Source: a virus
Lineage: Duplodnaviria; Caudoviricetes
IMG/VR virus record: IMGVR_UViG_3300029959_000704
Span: 17,292 to 81,291 of that record
Direction: 5' to 3' (one strand)
Length of the DNA: 64,000 nt
The translations under genes and the position numbers were made by a program. Each line of letters starts with the position of its first letter. The first letter of the stretch is position 1. Below the pieces are notes generated by a model, which saw nothing but the letters and a program-made list of their open reading frames with translations, was not told the origin of the DNA and did not search any database. Positions 24,894-34,937 of the stretch are shown in pieces.

Positions 24894-26135
24894 ATGTCGA
24901 AAAAGATTTATGAAAGAGTCCTGGAGGACTTAATTGAGAGACGACAAAGAATTATTAATGGAGAGATAAACTGTATACCATCACCTTTTCCAAGGTTTAG
25001 GAATACTTTTGTAGGATTGGAGAGAGGTAAATACATAATTGTAACTGCATCAACTAAAGTAGGTAAAACCCAAATAGCTGATTATTTATTCTTATATAAC
25101 TCACTCTTTTACGCCTATAATAACAGAGATAAACTCAAAGTTAAAATATTCTATTTTAGTCTTGAAATGTCTGCAGTAGAAAAATACAGGCAACTCATGT
25201 CACACTTGTTGTATATTATAAGTCAAGGTAAGATTCGAATAGATCCTAAGAATTTAAGATCTGTAAATGAGAATTATCCTTTACCTGAATCTATAATAGA
25301 ATTACTTCAAACTGATTTATACAAATCAGTATTGGACTTTTTTGAACAACATGTTGTGATATTAGACTCTATCAGAAATCCTTATGGGATTTATAAATGG
25401 TGTAAGGATTACGCTATACAAAATGGAGTAACTCATACTAAAAATTATGATTTCTTGGATAAACATGGGAATGTTACAAAAACTCAAGAAGTCAGAGACT
25501 ATTATGAGCCTAATGACCCAAAAGAACAAGTTATTATTATGGTAGACCACTATAGACTCTTTACTCCTGAAAAAGGTAAGGATTTATATGCTACTATAGT
25601 AAACTGGTCTGCTAATTTTGCACTTGATCTTAAAAACAATTATGGATTCACCATTATTGGTATTCAGCAACAAGCTCCTTCTCAAGAATCAAATGAGAAT
25701 CAAAAGCTTAATAAATTGAAGCCTACTATTGATGGATTAGGTGATTGTAAAGCAACAGCTCAAGATGTGGATTTGATATTAGGTTTATATACTCCAGCTC
25801 GCTATAATATTAGAGAGTATGAAGGGTATGATATCACACGATTTAGAGATCACATAAGATTTCTAGAAGTAATGGGTGGTAGAGAAGGTGGTGGAGGAGA
25901 TATATGTCCATTATATTTTGATGGAGCAGTAAATTTCTTCCAGGAACTTCCATTACCTACCGACAAAGCCGCTTTGGAGCCATTCTATAATAGAGTGAGC
26001 TCATTGCGTATTTATAGTTCCATAGAAGGAACAGTTAATTTAGTAACCGTAAAATTGAATGAAAGTATTAGTACTAGCAAAATCTGGTTTCGGAAAATCT
26101 TCCAGTCTTGGAGAAATTCCAGAATTAGGGATTAA
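24894..26135 (+). CDS. dnaB: DnaB-like replicative helicase
   Basis: TASTKVGKT Walker A, FSLEMS, MVDHY Walker B, IQQQ, QDVDLILGL and R-GG motifs. Confidence 0.9.
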   Translation: MSKKIYERVLEDLIERRQRIINGEINCIPSPFPRFRNTFVGLERGKYIIVTASTKVGKTQIADYLFLYNSLFYAYNNRDKLKVKIFYFSLEMSAVEKYRQLMSHLLYIISQGKIRIDPKNLRSVNENYPLPESIIELLQTDLYKSVLDFFEQHVVILDSIRNPYGIYKWCKDYAIQNGVTHTKNYDFLDKHGNVTKTQEVRDYYEPNDPKEQVIIMVDHYRLFTPEKGKDLYATIVNWSANFALDLKNNYGFTIIGIQQQAPSQESNENQKLNKLKPTIDGLGDCKATAQDVDLILGLYTPARYNIREYEGYDITRFRDHIRFLEVMGGREGGGGDICPLYFDGAVNFFQELPLPTDKAALEPFYNRVSSLRIYSSIEGTVNLVTVKLNESISTSKIWFRKIFQSWRNSRIRD

Positions 26136-27752
26136 AGGCTTAAATCCTTCTGAAACTTATTTAATTAGTTGTGTTCAAAAACCTTTACCATTTAGAGGAT
26201 ATTTAAATAAGTATAAGGAAACAACTTTTGAAAAGATTGCAGAAGGCAATCGAATTATTACTACTGATGCTCCAACTGTAGCAAAGATAGTAACCACATT
26301 GGCAACAAGTCCTTATAAGAATATTGTCATTGATGACTTGAACTATATTAGTCAAGATTATTATATGAAAAATGCTCTTAAAGGAGGATGGGATAGAGTG
26401 AGTGTCCCTGCATAGAGTAATCTATGTGAAAACAATTGGGTAAAAACGGTGAAGAGATTTGCATTTATTAAAAATTATTTATATATTTGCCAACCAAATA
26501 ATAAATATTTTTAATATGAGAAGTTTTATTCCTAATAAAAAAGAACATAATAGCGACTATTTTAAAATCATAGATTCTGAAACTAAAGCCTATATTTTAG
26601 GTTATTTAGTTGCAGATGGCTCTATAGAAGAATCTGTTAGAAAAGATAGGCCTAGTAAACTAATTCGTTTACGATTTGGATGTGTCACAGATGATGATGA
26701 GATATTAAAATTAATTCAAAAAGAAATTGCTCCTAATAATAAACTAAGATATTATCAACCATCTGGAAATAGAAAACAAACAACTATTCTTCAGATATGT
26801 GATAAAGAGTTGATTAAAGACTTGAAAGAATTATATAATATTAAATCTAGAAAAACATATGATGCCACATTTGAATTTCCAAATATTCAAAAATCTTATG
26901 AAAGACATTTTATAAGAGGTTTTATAGATGGGGATGGGTCTATTGGTGATAGACATTTCAGTATGATTTGTAATTCACCTAAATTTGCAGAACAAATTAA
27001 AAATAAATTTTTAGAAATTATTCCAAATCTAAAATGGGTAATTTATAAAGAGAATAGAAAATTTACTCCGTATTGGAGTTTACACTTTAGTTTTAATAAT
27101 TCTATAAAAAAAGTAATCTTTGATTATTTATATAAAGATGCTAATACATTCTTAACTAGAAAAAGAAATAAAGCTCTTAATGCCGTGCTAAACGCAGATA
27201 TTAAAAAATCTGCACAGTGTAACGCATAGATACTGAACCTACTATAAAGTAGAATATAATGTATCCACGAGTATCCAACTCCATATTTTATATGGATGAA
27301 AACTTATGCTGAACTATACTAACAATGCAAGAAAGTATAGAACTTAGGGATAAAAAACCCTAAGGATAACAAAATTGACCCCAAAACAAATAGGTTACCA
27401 TATGGGTTTAATCTTTGAAGCAATTGATAAGATCCCTGATACCAAAAATATCATTGTATTTGCTCATTATGAGGAATATAAGGATAAAAATGGAGATAGT
27501 ATCTCTTATAGGTATAAATCAACTGGTAACATGGTTGATACTTATATAACTCCGGAAGGTAAATTTGAGATCGTTTTATTTGGTCGTACCAGATTTGATG
27601 AAACTCTTAAAAAATCCATTCGAGAATTTGTTACCAATGATGATGGACAGTATCCAGCAAAATCACCTTTTGGAATGTTTCCAGATCTGTATATACCTAA
27701 TGACTTAGGTGTAGTTGCAGAACTTGGAGAGATTTATAATAAAGGACAATAA
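26059..27752 (+). CDS. AAA-family P-loop ATPase (AAA_24/Sak4-like) split by a group I intron; exons 26059-26394 and 27378-27752, 236 aa spliced
   Basis: Exon 1 has AKSGFGKS Walker A and IVIDD Walker B; joining GAT|ACC restores ...KGGWD-TPKQIG... in frame. Confidence 0.88.
26458..26489 (+). promoter_or_regulatory. Intron-internal Bacteroidota sigma-A promoter for the homing endonuclease
   Basis: TTTG 26458-61, 20-nt spacer, TATATTTG 26482-89; ATG at 26516. Confidence 0.75.
26516..27229 (+). CDS. Double-motif LAGLIDADG homing endonuclease (start reassigned to ATG 26516)
   Basis: YILGYLVADGSI and FIRGFIDGDGSI motifs; lies inside the intron. Confidence 0.93.
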   Translation: MRSFIPNKKEHNSDYFKIIDSETKAYILGYLVADGSIEESVRKDRPSKLIRLRFGCVTDDDEILKLIQKEIAPNNKLRYYQPSGNRKQTTILQICDKELIKDLKELYNIKSRKTYDATFEFPNIQKSYERHFIRGFIDGDGSIGDRHFSMICNSPKFAEQIKNKFLEIIPNLKWVIYKENRKFTPYWSLHFSFNNSIKKVIFDYLYKDANTFLTRKRNKALNAVLNADIKKSAQCNA

Positions 27753-27766
27753 TACATTTTTAAAAA

Positions 27767-28114
27767 ATGGCAAATACAAGATTCCTTGAGGCTCAAAAAG
27801 CTCGTTTTGAAAAGAGCAAAGAGCCTGTAATTAAAAAGAGAGATAGAGCAATTGAAAAGTTCAAAAAAATTGCTAAAGAGTTTACTGCTGAATGCAGATA
27901 CTATGAAGCTCAATTAGCCGCAATTGATCAAGCCATTGCTTCTCTTGAGTATACTGAAGATGCTGGCGAAATCTCTGCCCCTTCAGTAACTCCTGCAGCA
28001 GCTGCCCCTCCTATACCAGCAGCATTTAGTGCTGGTCCGGAGAATGAGAATATTGAATTTGATAATGATACAGAGGGAGTGCCAGATAATGACACTGAAT
28101 CTGCAGATTTTTAG
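27767..28114 (+). CDS. Coiled-coil protein with an acidic tail
   Basis: ORF track. Confidence 0.7.
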   Translation: MANTRFLEAQKARFEKSKEPVIKKRDRAIEKFKKIAKEFTAECRYYEAQLAAIDQAIASLEYTEDAGEISAPSVTPAAAAPPIPAAFSAGPENENIEFDNDTEGVPDNDTESADF

Positions 28115-28149
28115 ATCGAACAAATTGACAAAAAAGTTTTTAACATCAT

Positions 28150-29145
28150 ATGAAAAAGAGAAATAAAATTGCATTGATGGCTATCGCCAGTGGAAATGAT
28201 ACTCCTGAGAATATTGCAAGTAAGAGATATGTAGGTATTGCTGCATGTACACTTCTTGCAATCAACCCTAATAAAGAAGAATTGAGTAAATTATTTGCTA
28301 CCGAATCTGGTCCTGCAAATATTGAAAAAGAACCTGAGTATACCGGGGAAGATTCAACAGGAATAAAATATGCCAGGATTGATATGTATCTGCAAACAAT
28401 TCCAGAAAAATCTAATGGTATTACAACTATTATAAAAGTTGGTTATTTCATAAGAAATACTAGCCGTTCTAATAGAGATAATACTAAGATTCAAGTAATC
28501 AATGCTTACGGTGACGCAGCATGGTTTACAAAAGAACAATTTGAGACCAAAACTCCTCCTGAGAATATGTCTAGCTATCAAACTGCAGGTTTAAGACCAG
28601 CATTTGCCGGTGAAGAAGAATTGACTAAGTTTATTAAGAGATTCTTGAATATTCCGGCATACTCTTACAGAAAAAGTGATGGTACAATTGTTACAGTTCC
28701 AGATCCGGTACAAGCTGAATGCCAACTTTCAAAAATTCCATCTTATTTTAATGGAGATATGTCAGAAATTAAAAAAGCTCTGATGGCCAGAAAAAATAAC
28801 AGATTGAAACTTTTGTTTGGAGTTAAGACTACTCTTGATAATAAATCTTATCAAGATTGTTTTGTTCAACATCCAGTTAGTTATTTGACAAACGATTATA
28901 AGAAGCTTATTGAAGCTTTGACTAAGACTAAGTCAGATAATGGGTATTCAATGACAGACTTTGGTACCTCCCCTTATGTATTCCAGGAATGGAAACCTAC
29001 TCCTACAAATGCAGAAAGTATTACAGCTCCTGCAAATCCTTTCGGAACAGTTCCACAAGCACAAACTGCCCCTCAAACTCAGCCACAAGCTATTCCTTGG
29101 GGAGCAACAATGCCTGCACCAACTGACCCTGACGATCTACCGTAG
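28150..29145 (+). CDS. Putative single-stranded DNA-binding or annealing protein
   Basis: Located between the AAA ATPase and primase; P/Q-rich linker and acidic DPDDLP C-terminus typical of SSBs. Confidence 0.55.
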   Translation: MKKRNKIALMAIASGNDTPENIASKRYVGIAACTLLAINPNKEELSKLFATESGPANIEKEPEYTGEDSTGIKYARIDMYLQTIPEKSNGITTIIKVGYFIRNTSRSNRDNTKIQVINAYGDAAWFTKEQFETKTPPENMSSYQTAGLRPAFAGEEELTKFIKRFLNIPAYSYRKSDGTIVTVPDPVQAECQLSKIPSYFNGDMSEIKKALMARKNNRLKLLFGVKTTLDNKSYQDCFVQHPVSYLTNDYKKLIEALTKTKSDNGYSMTDFGTSPYVFQEWKPTPTNAESITAPANPFGTVPQAQTAPQTQPQAIPWGATMPAPTDPDDLP

Positions 29146-29150
29146 TAGTT

Positions 29151-30158
29151 ATGATTGCAGGAGGCTCTCCCACAGTAGAGTCCTTGAGCAATATTTTATC
29201 ACAAACTACTGAAGTAGAACTACTATATTATTATTTAGGTATTTCAAAATTACCCATATTGATTAATAGTCCTCTTAGACCTGATACCAAACCATCTTTT
29301 GGATTTACTAGTCCTGATGGACTGAAGGTTTATTACAGAGATTTTGCCACAGGAGAATCTGGAGGACTATTTAATCTATTTATGGAATTATGGAAACTAT
29401 CTTTTAAAGAAGTACTAATTAAAATTGCTCAGGATTTACCAAATATAGTAGCATCAACTAAATCAATCCATGTATCTGAATATGATAAAAATAGGAAATC
29501 CTTCAATCATCGAAGTGACAGTACCCTTAAATTCAAAATAAGAGATTGGAAATCACATGATTTAGAGTATTGGGAAGGTTATGGAATATCCAAACCTTGG
29601 TTAGAATTTGGGAATGTCTATCCTATATCACATATATTTGTTTATAAAGAGGGTCAAGAATATATCTTACCAGCTGATAAGTATGCATATGTTTATATAG
29701 AACATAAAGATAACCAACCTTCTTTCAAAATTTATCAGCCATTTAGTCAAATATGTAAATGGCGGAGTCAACATGATCACTCAGTGTGGGATTTATGGGC
29801 TCAATTACCTTTAACAGGAGATAATTTAATTATTACAAGTTCAAGAAAAGATGCTCTTTGTGTCTGGGAAAACACATTAATACCTTCTTGTAGCTTGCAA
29901 GCAGAATCTTATCTTCCTAAAGAACAGGTAATTTCAGAACTTAAAAAAAGATTTAAAAATCTTTATATCTTATATGATAATGATTATGATAAATTGAAAA
30001 ATTATGGCCGAATTTATGGCCAAAAAATAGCAGATGCATTTGGATTAATACAGATTGAAATTCCTGAAGGGATGTCATCTAAAGATCCATCTGATCTAGC
30101 AAAAAACCACGGTAGATTGGCCGTTAAAGAAACAATATTTAATTTAATAAAACATTAA
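29151..30158 (+). CDS. dnaG: DnaG-like (TOPRIM) primase
   Basis: SPLRPDTKPSF...YRDFATGESG N-terminus, IITSSRKDALC, LYDND TOPRIM DxD and SKDPSD. Confidence 0.85.
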   Translation: MIAGGSPTVESLSNILSQTTEVELLYYYLGISKLPILINSPLRPDTKPSFGFTSPDGLKVYYRDFATGESGGLFNLFMELWKLSFKEVLIKIAQDLPNIVASTKSIHVSEYDKNRKSFNHRSDSTLKFKIRDWKSHDLEYWEGYGISKPWLEFGNVYPISHIFVYKEGQEYILPADKYAYVYIEHKDNQPSFKIYQPFSQICKWRSQHDHSVWDLWAQLPLTGDNLIITSSRKDALCVWENTLIPSCSLQAESYLPKEQVISELKKRFKNLYILYDNDYDKLKNYGRIYGQKIADAFGLIQIEIPEGMSSKDPSDLAKNHGRLAVKETIFNLIKH

Positions 30159-30162
30159 AATT

Positions 30163-30801
30163 ATGTCACAAATTCAAAGAAGTGTAGAAGTTTATGTATC
30201 ATCAAGCAGAGCCCGTAAAGTAATTACAAGTAACGCAACAACATGGGGACAACTTCGTAATGATATCCTTGCAGCAACAAATCTTCCATCATCAGATCTT
30301 TCATCAGATAACAGTAAGATTTTTGAAGGTAATCAAAGAGTAGAGCTTGTATCAGATGAGACTCAACTTCCTACAAACATTCGTCTTGAGGACGGTACTA
30401 CAACTAATAACCTTCTGATTGTTATTACTCCTAAAGCTAAAGTAAAATCAGGTGCAGTTCGCCCCCGTACAGAAATTTATGCTGAGCTGAACCAGCTCTT
30501 CACTGCTTATGGTGAGACTGCTAGAAATTTTTTTTCCGGATACACAAGAATCTCAAGTGAAGATCTTGAGAGGTCAATAGTCGCTTTTAAAGCCAGACTG
30601 CGTCCTGCACAACAAGTTCAGCCAGTTCAAGCAGTTGCTATCACAGCATCTAGTATTATGATGATTAAGACTGCTTTTAATTTGTTAGCTCAAGCTACAG
30701 AACTGATTAAAGGTTCAGGACTTACATCAGATATCGTTGATATAAAAGTGGATACTGATGTAGCCAGACTTGAAGCTATTGCTCAATCACTAAACCGATA
30801 A
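30163..30801 (+). CDS. Ubiquitin-like (beta-grasp) protein precursor: ~97-aa Ubl ending ...KVKSG plus a helical C-terminal extension
   Basis: beta-beta-alpha pattern (VEVYV..ARKVITS.ATTWGQLRNDIL), KIFEG...L..D..LP, terminal strand LLIVITP then KSG (Gly97, 30451-53); first gene of the E2/JAB/E1 cluster. Confidence 0.65.
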   Translation: MSQIQRSVEVYVSSSRARKVITSNATTWGQLRNDILAATNLPSSDLSSDNSKIFEGNQRVELVSDETQLPTNIRLEDGTTTNNLLIVITPKAKVKSGAVRPRTEIYAELNQLFTAYGETARNFFSGYTRISSEDLERSIVAFKARLRPAQQVQPVQAVAITASSIMMIKTAFNLLAQATELIKGSGLTSDIVDIKVDTDVARLEAIAQSLNR

Positions 30802-30807
30802 AAAATT

Positions 30808-32046
30808 ATGTCAGGTATTGATACACAAAACAATATCGAAAATACAGTAACCAAAGGTAAGGGGGATAATACTCCCTTACCTTCTCTTACTGCAAAAGAG
30901 ATAATAACAAAAGTATTTACAGATTATTATGGAGAAGATCGAATAGATGTAAGATCTTATATAGGTAGAGAAAGACAAATTATAGTATTAATTCATTTTC
31001 CACAAATTACTATATCCAATTCATATAAGAAATCTCATATTATAAAAGATTTATATGTAAAATATGTATTTTTAGAAGATGGGTCTTTACTAGATGGTCC
31101 TCTCTACGCAAGAAGTACTTTTTCTTCTGCAGAATTTCTATCAAATTATGAACATTCTCATGTATCTTTAAATCCAAGAGATCATATAATGTTAAATGGA
31201 ACTTCTACAGGAATACAAAATGCATCAATAAGATTTTCTGGAGTTTGCTTAGGATCCGGTCCTATTAATAATACTATTTCGAACCTTCGTCATATGTTTG
31301 ATTATGAGGGAGTACGAATTGATTTCAAATCTTCAATATATAAAATTAATTTATTAACCTTATGTATTGAGACAGATAGGAATGTAAGGTGGGAATCTGT
31401 AGAAGGTGGGCCATATAGAAGATTTGCTAATATAGCTTTTAATCAAAGCTCTTCATCTTCTAATATTCCCAGAACTAATACATCATTGAGTTCTTCAGGA
31501 CTTCTTCAAATAGCTCACGCTGATTCAAACAGAAATCTTTCCTTTATAAGAACATATTCTCTTCATAAATTAATCAAGTATATTCTAACAGAGATATTTA
31601 AAAAAGATGGGGTTACTTTCACATCTTGTTTATTTAAAAATGATAGATATTTTATGCAACCTACTTTTGATATGAATTTGTTAGAAGCAATTATTATCAA
31701 AACTCTTACAGATATTGGGGATTCTATTCTTACAAATAGTTTATTAGGAACATTAGTTTCTGATGATGATGCATCAACTCCACCAACATTTGTAGAATTG
31801 TCAAGTACATTAAATAGATTTAGTGTAGTTCCTGCAGGATCATTTAATTCAATTATGACATATGAAACTAGTGCTGTCTTTAAGAAAAAGAAGATAGTTT
31901 GCACAATATATCCTGTAAATGGCAATGTAAGTACTTCTACAACTGCACGACCAAGATTGCAGTTAGATCAATTGAGAGTTAGGCCTAATTTTTTAACATA
32001 TATTAACGCCGTGGCTCCTCATTTTTATACATCAACTAACTTATAA
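30808..32046 (+). CDS. Prokaryotic E2-like (UBC-fold) protein
   Basis: YEHSHV...FSGVCLGSGP resembles the E2 HPN...ICL signature; candidate catalytic Cys147 at 31246-48. Confidence 0.6.
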   Translation: MSGIDTQNNIENTVTKGKGDNTPLPSLTAKEIITKVFTDYYGEDRIDVRSYIGRERQIIVLIHFPQITISNSYKKSHIIKDLYVKYVFLEDGSLLDGPLYARSTFSSAEFLSNYEHSHVSLNPRDHIMLNGTSTGIQNASIRFSGVCLGSGPINNTISNLRHMFDYEGVRIDFKSSIYKINLLTLCIETDRNVRWESVEGGPYRRFANIAFNQSSSSSNIPRTNTSLSSSGLLQIAHADSNRNLSFIRTYSLHKLIKYILTEIFKKDGVTFTSCLFKNDRYFMQPTFDMNLLEAIIIKTLTDIGDSILTNSLLGTLVSDDDASTPPTFVELSSTLNRFSVVPAGSFNSIMTYETSAVFKKKKIVCTIYPVNGNVSTSTTARPRLQLDQLRVRPNFLTYINAVAPHFYTSTNL

Positions 32047-32052
32047 ATTAAT

Positions 32053-33369
32053 ATGGGACGACCTAAAAAAAATTATATAGCATCTATGGTTACTATACAA
32101 AATACTACTGAACCAAAAGTAGTTCCCGAAACACCCGCAGTAGAAGCTAAACCTATAGCTCCTCCAAGACCAGTTATTAAACCAATTGCTGGAGATTTTC
32201 AATTAAAGATTTCTACTGCAGCTTTACAAAAAATTGAATATCTATGTGATGCCTTTCCAACAGTAGAATGGAGTGGCACATTATATTATAAAGTCATTGG
32301 AGATATCAATGATGAAAATTTCTCAGTAGAAGTAGTGGACTTATTCCTACAGGACATAGGTACAGCTACATATACAGAGTATGAATTCAGTGAAGAATAT
32401 GCAGGCTTTATGGCTGCTCATCCTGAATTACGTGGAAATGACATTTATGAAGGACATATTCATAGCCATAATAATATGGCAACTTTCTTCAGTGGAACTG
32501 ATGACGGAGAATTAATTGATTCTGCCGTTTTAAGAAAGAATATCCTTTCATTAATAGTAAACAATGCTGGTGTTTATACAGCAGCATTAGGAACACTTGC
32601 TGAAGCTGAAGTAAAGCAAATTACTTCTTATAAATATCCATTATTCTCAGGGGAAGAAATTTCTTTTCAATCAGATGTATCTAAAGTAATGCCGGTAGTC
32701 TTTAAGAAGATGGCTGTAATTATCAAAGAGGCTCCTGAAAAGACCCTAAGAGGAATGTTTTCTTCTATAATTTCTGGAATTAAAGCCAGGAAGGAGGTTA
32801 ATTCAAAAAAGAATTACTCGGGGTTTTCAAGAAATTATGGTGTTTATGGAGGCACTTCTTTCGATGATAGCTTCGATGAGGATTATCCCAAACAACCTTA
32901 CACACCTCCAACAATCTTTCAACCCCATCAATACCCTTCGAATTCACAAGAAAGCCTTAAAAAAGGAGAGGCTAAAAAAAAGGAAGGAGTTAAAGAATAC
33001 GAAGCACAAGCGATATTACTAATTACAAAAGCAGTAGCTTGTGCAAAATATTTTAAAGGAACTTTATCAGAGGCACTTCGTACTATACCAATTAGTACAA
33101 ATGTTTCAGATTATGAAATTGAAGCAGCAAATTCTTTTGATGATATTTTAGGATATGTTATAGAGACTACCTCTACTGTCAAAACCCAATTAACTATCCG
33201 GATTATGGCAGAAAAGATTTGTAGTGCAGCTAATGATTATTTATCAGACAATTCATTAAAATATAATCCTTATGTAAAAGTGATCCATAAATTCATACAG
33301 GATAATATGTCTATAGATGATATGCCTGATACTACCTCAGAAGCTATTAGCAACTTAAATAAACAATAA
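32053..33369 (+). CDS. JAB/MPN+ metalloprotease (deubiquitinase-like)
   Basis: Upstream Glu in VEWSG and exact H-x-H-x7-S-x2-D motif (HSHNNMATFFSGTD, 32461-32502). Confidence 0.9.
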   Translation: MGRPKKNYIASMVTIQNTTEPKVVPETPAVEAKPIAPPRPVIKPIAGDFQLKISTAALQKIEYLCDAFPTVEWSGTLYYKVIGDINDENFSVEVVDLFLQDIGTATYTEYEFSEEYAGFMAAHPELRGNDIYEGHIHSHNNMATFFSGTDDGELIDSAVLRKNILSLIVNNAGVYTAALGTLAEAEVKQITSYKYPLFSGEEISFQSDVSKVMPVVFKKMAVIIKEAPEKTLRGMFSSIISGIKARKEVNSKKNYSGFSRNYGVYGGTSFDDSFDEDYPKQPYTPPTIFQPHQYPSNSQESLKKGEAKKKEGVKEYEAQAILLITKAVACAKYFKGTLSEALRTIPISTNVSDYEIEAANSFDDILGYVIETTSTVKTQLTIRIMAEKICSAANDYLSDNSLKYNPYVKVIHKFIQDNMSIDDMPDTTSEAISNLNKQ

Positions 33370-33371
33370 TT

Positions 33372-34937
33372 ATGCAGGATAACGGATTAAACTTAGGAAG
33401 GCTTCCAGCAGATGTTCAGGAAGCCTTAAGAGAAACTTTTGGATCTGATTTTGATAATGCATCTACTTTAACAGATTTATTTAGAGAGCAAGACACTCTC
33501 AATGAACAAGGACAAGTAGTTGCACAACCAATTCCTGAACCTGTAGTTCCAGAGCCTATACAAGCAACAGAAGCTACCTTTCCTACCGGTTGGGTTGTTT
33601 CTGGACCAGATGAACAAGATCCTAATATACATCATGGTATGGTTAATATACAAGCTAGGGAAAGGGGTGCAAATGAATTTGGGAGAGTATTAGTAAATGC
33701 AGCAGAAGAAGTAATGAATGGAAGACCTTTGCCTTGGGGCGGAGATGGAGCAGTTGGTATTCTACAAGCAGATGATTTAACTAGAGCAAGAGAAATACTT
33801 GATGAACTTACTAGTGATACATCAAATGCAGATATGATAGGAAGTCCCTCTGACTCACTTCAAGCTGGTTTAGGTATTTTAGAACAAGTACAAGTTGTTC
33901 CTGCTGAAGTCCCTGATACTCCTTCACAATCAATACCTACAGCTCCAAGAAGAAGACGAACTCCTTCAAGGGCTACTGCAAGAGTAGTTACTCCTGTGCC
34001 ATCTGAGGAAATTATAAATTTGGAATCTCCATCAGAGACTCCAGCTCAGGAATCTCCTCAACCGGTAAATACAATTAAAGCAGAAGAGGAAAATATCATA
34101 CCTTTAGAATCTTTTTATATAGCTCCTGCTACTAGTACTCCTACAGAAGAAAGTCCTATAAAAACATTAGTAGCAGATGCTTTACGAAATAGTGCTACCA
34201 CTATGGAAGAAGTGTCTAAAGCTAAATTAGTATCTGAAAGTGAGTTAAGATATAGTGATGCTCCTTGGTATAATGATCTTAAAAATTATACTTATGATAT
34301 TACTATAATTGGAGCAGGAGGTATTGGATCTTGGGTGGCTTTATTGTTATCAAAATTTGGAATCATGATGAGACTTTATGATTTTGATCGTTTTGAAAAA
34401 GTAAATCAAGCCGGACAAATATTTCTTGCAAATGATGTAGGACTTCCTAAAACATTAGCAGTATCTAAATTATTAAGTGCTGTAAATGGCAACTCTCCTT
34501 TAAATACTTATGGTAGATGGGATCCTGGAGATCCATTGTCTCCTATAACTATTGTTGCTGTTGATAATATGTCAGTAAGAAAACGAGTATTTGAAGATTG
34601 GTCTCGTAAATATTCTACAAGAGATAAAGCTCTATTTATAGATGCTAGATTAGCTGCAGAATTGTATCAAATTTATACAGTTAAAGGTACACTATCTGGA
34701 CCTAATGCACTTGCTAGAGATAGATATCTCAAAGAATTCTTTACTGATGATCAAGCTGATGCAACTTTGTGTTCTTATAAACAGACTGCATACGTAGCAG
34801 CAATGTTAGCTGGTAGAATTATAAATAATATTGTTAACCATTTCTCAAATACCCAGCCAGATCTTTTACCAAGATTGGTACCATTCTTCATAGAATATGA
34901 TGCTAATGGATTTGAGAGAATAATACCTTATGCATAA
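33372..34937 (+). CDS. E1/ThiF-like adenylyltransferase with a long disordered N-terminal extension
   Basis: IIGAGGIGS (34311), YDFDRFEKVNQAGQ, PKT, AVDN, IDAR and LCSYKQT (candidate Cys467). Confidence 0.9.
   Translation: MQDNGLNLGRLPADVQEALRETFGSDFDNASTLTDLFREQDTLNEQGQVVAQPIPEPVVPEPIQATEATFPTGWVVSGPDEQDPNIHHGMVNIQARERGANEFGRVLVNAAEEVMNGRPLPWGGDGAVGILQADDLTRAREILDELTSDTSNADMIGSPSDSLQAGLGILEQVQVVPAEVPDTPSQSIPTAPRRRRTPSRATARVVTPVPSEEIINLESPSETPAQESPQPVNTIKAEEENIIPLESFYIAPATSTPTEESPIKTLVADALRNSATTMEEVSKAKLVSESELRYSDAPWYNDLKNYTYDITIIGAGGIGSWVALLLSKFGIMMRLYDFDRFEKVNQAGQIFLANDVGLPKTLAVSKLLSAVNGNSPLNTYGRWDPGDPLSPITIVAVDNMSVRKRVFEDWSRKYSTRDKALFIDARLAAELYQIYTVKGTLSGPNALARDRYLKEFFTDDQADATLCSYKQTAYVAAMLAGRIINNIVNHFSNTQPDLLPRLVPFFIEYDANGFERIIPYA

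Larger units (their letters stand above)
26395..27377 (+). mobile_element. Group I self-splicing intron (983 nt), probably subgroup IA
   Basis: Exon ends in U paired to G in P1 (GGGAT/GTCCC); terminal G at 27377; P3 TTGGGTA 26436-42/TATCCAA 27272-78; P4 ACGGT/GCCGT; P7 GCATA 27224-28/TATGC 27305-09; P8 TCCATAT/ATATGGA; P9 hairpins; extra helix GATAC/GTATC between P7 and P3'. Confidence 0.92.

Noticed and set aside
26059-26135. 77-nt overlap between DnaB and the AAA gene as a frameshift or fusion
   Set aside because: Both genes have complete motifs and their own start and stop; the DnaB tail here is unconserved.
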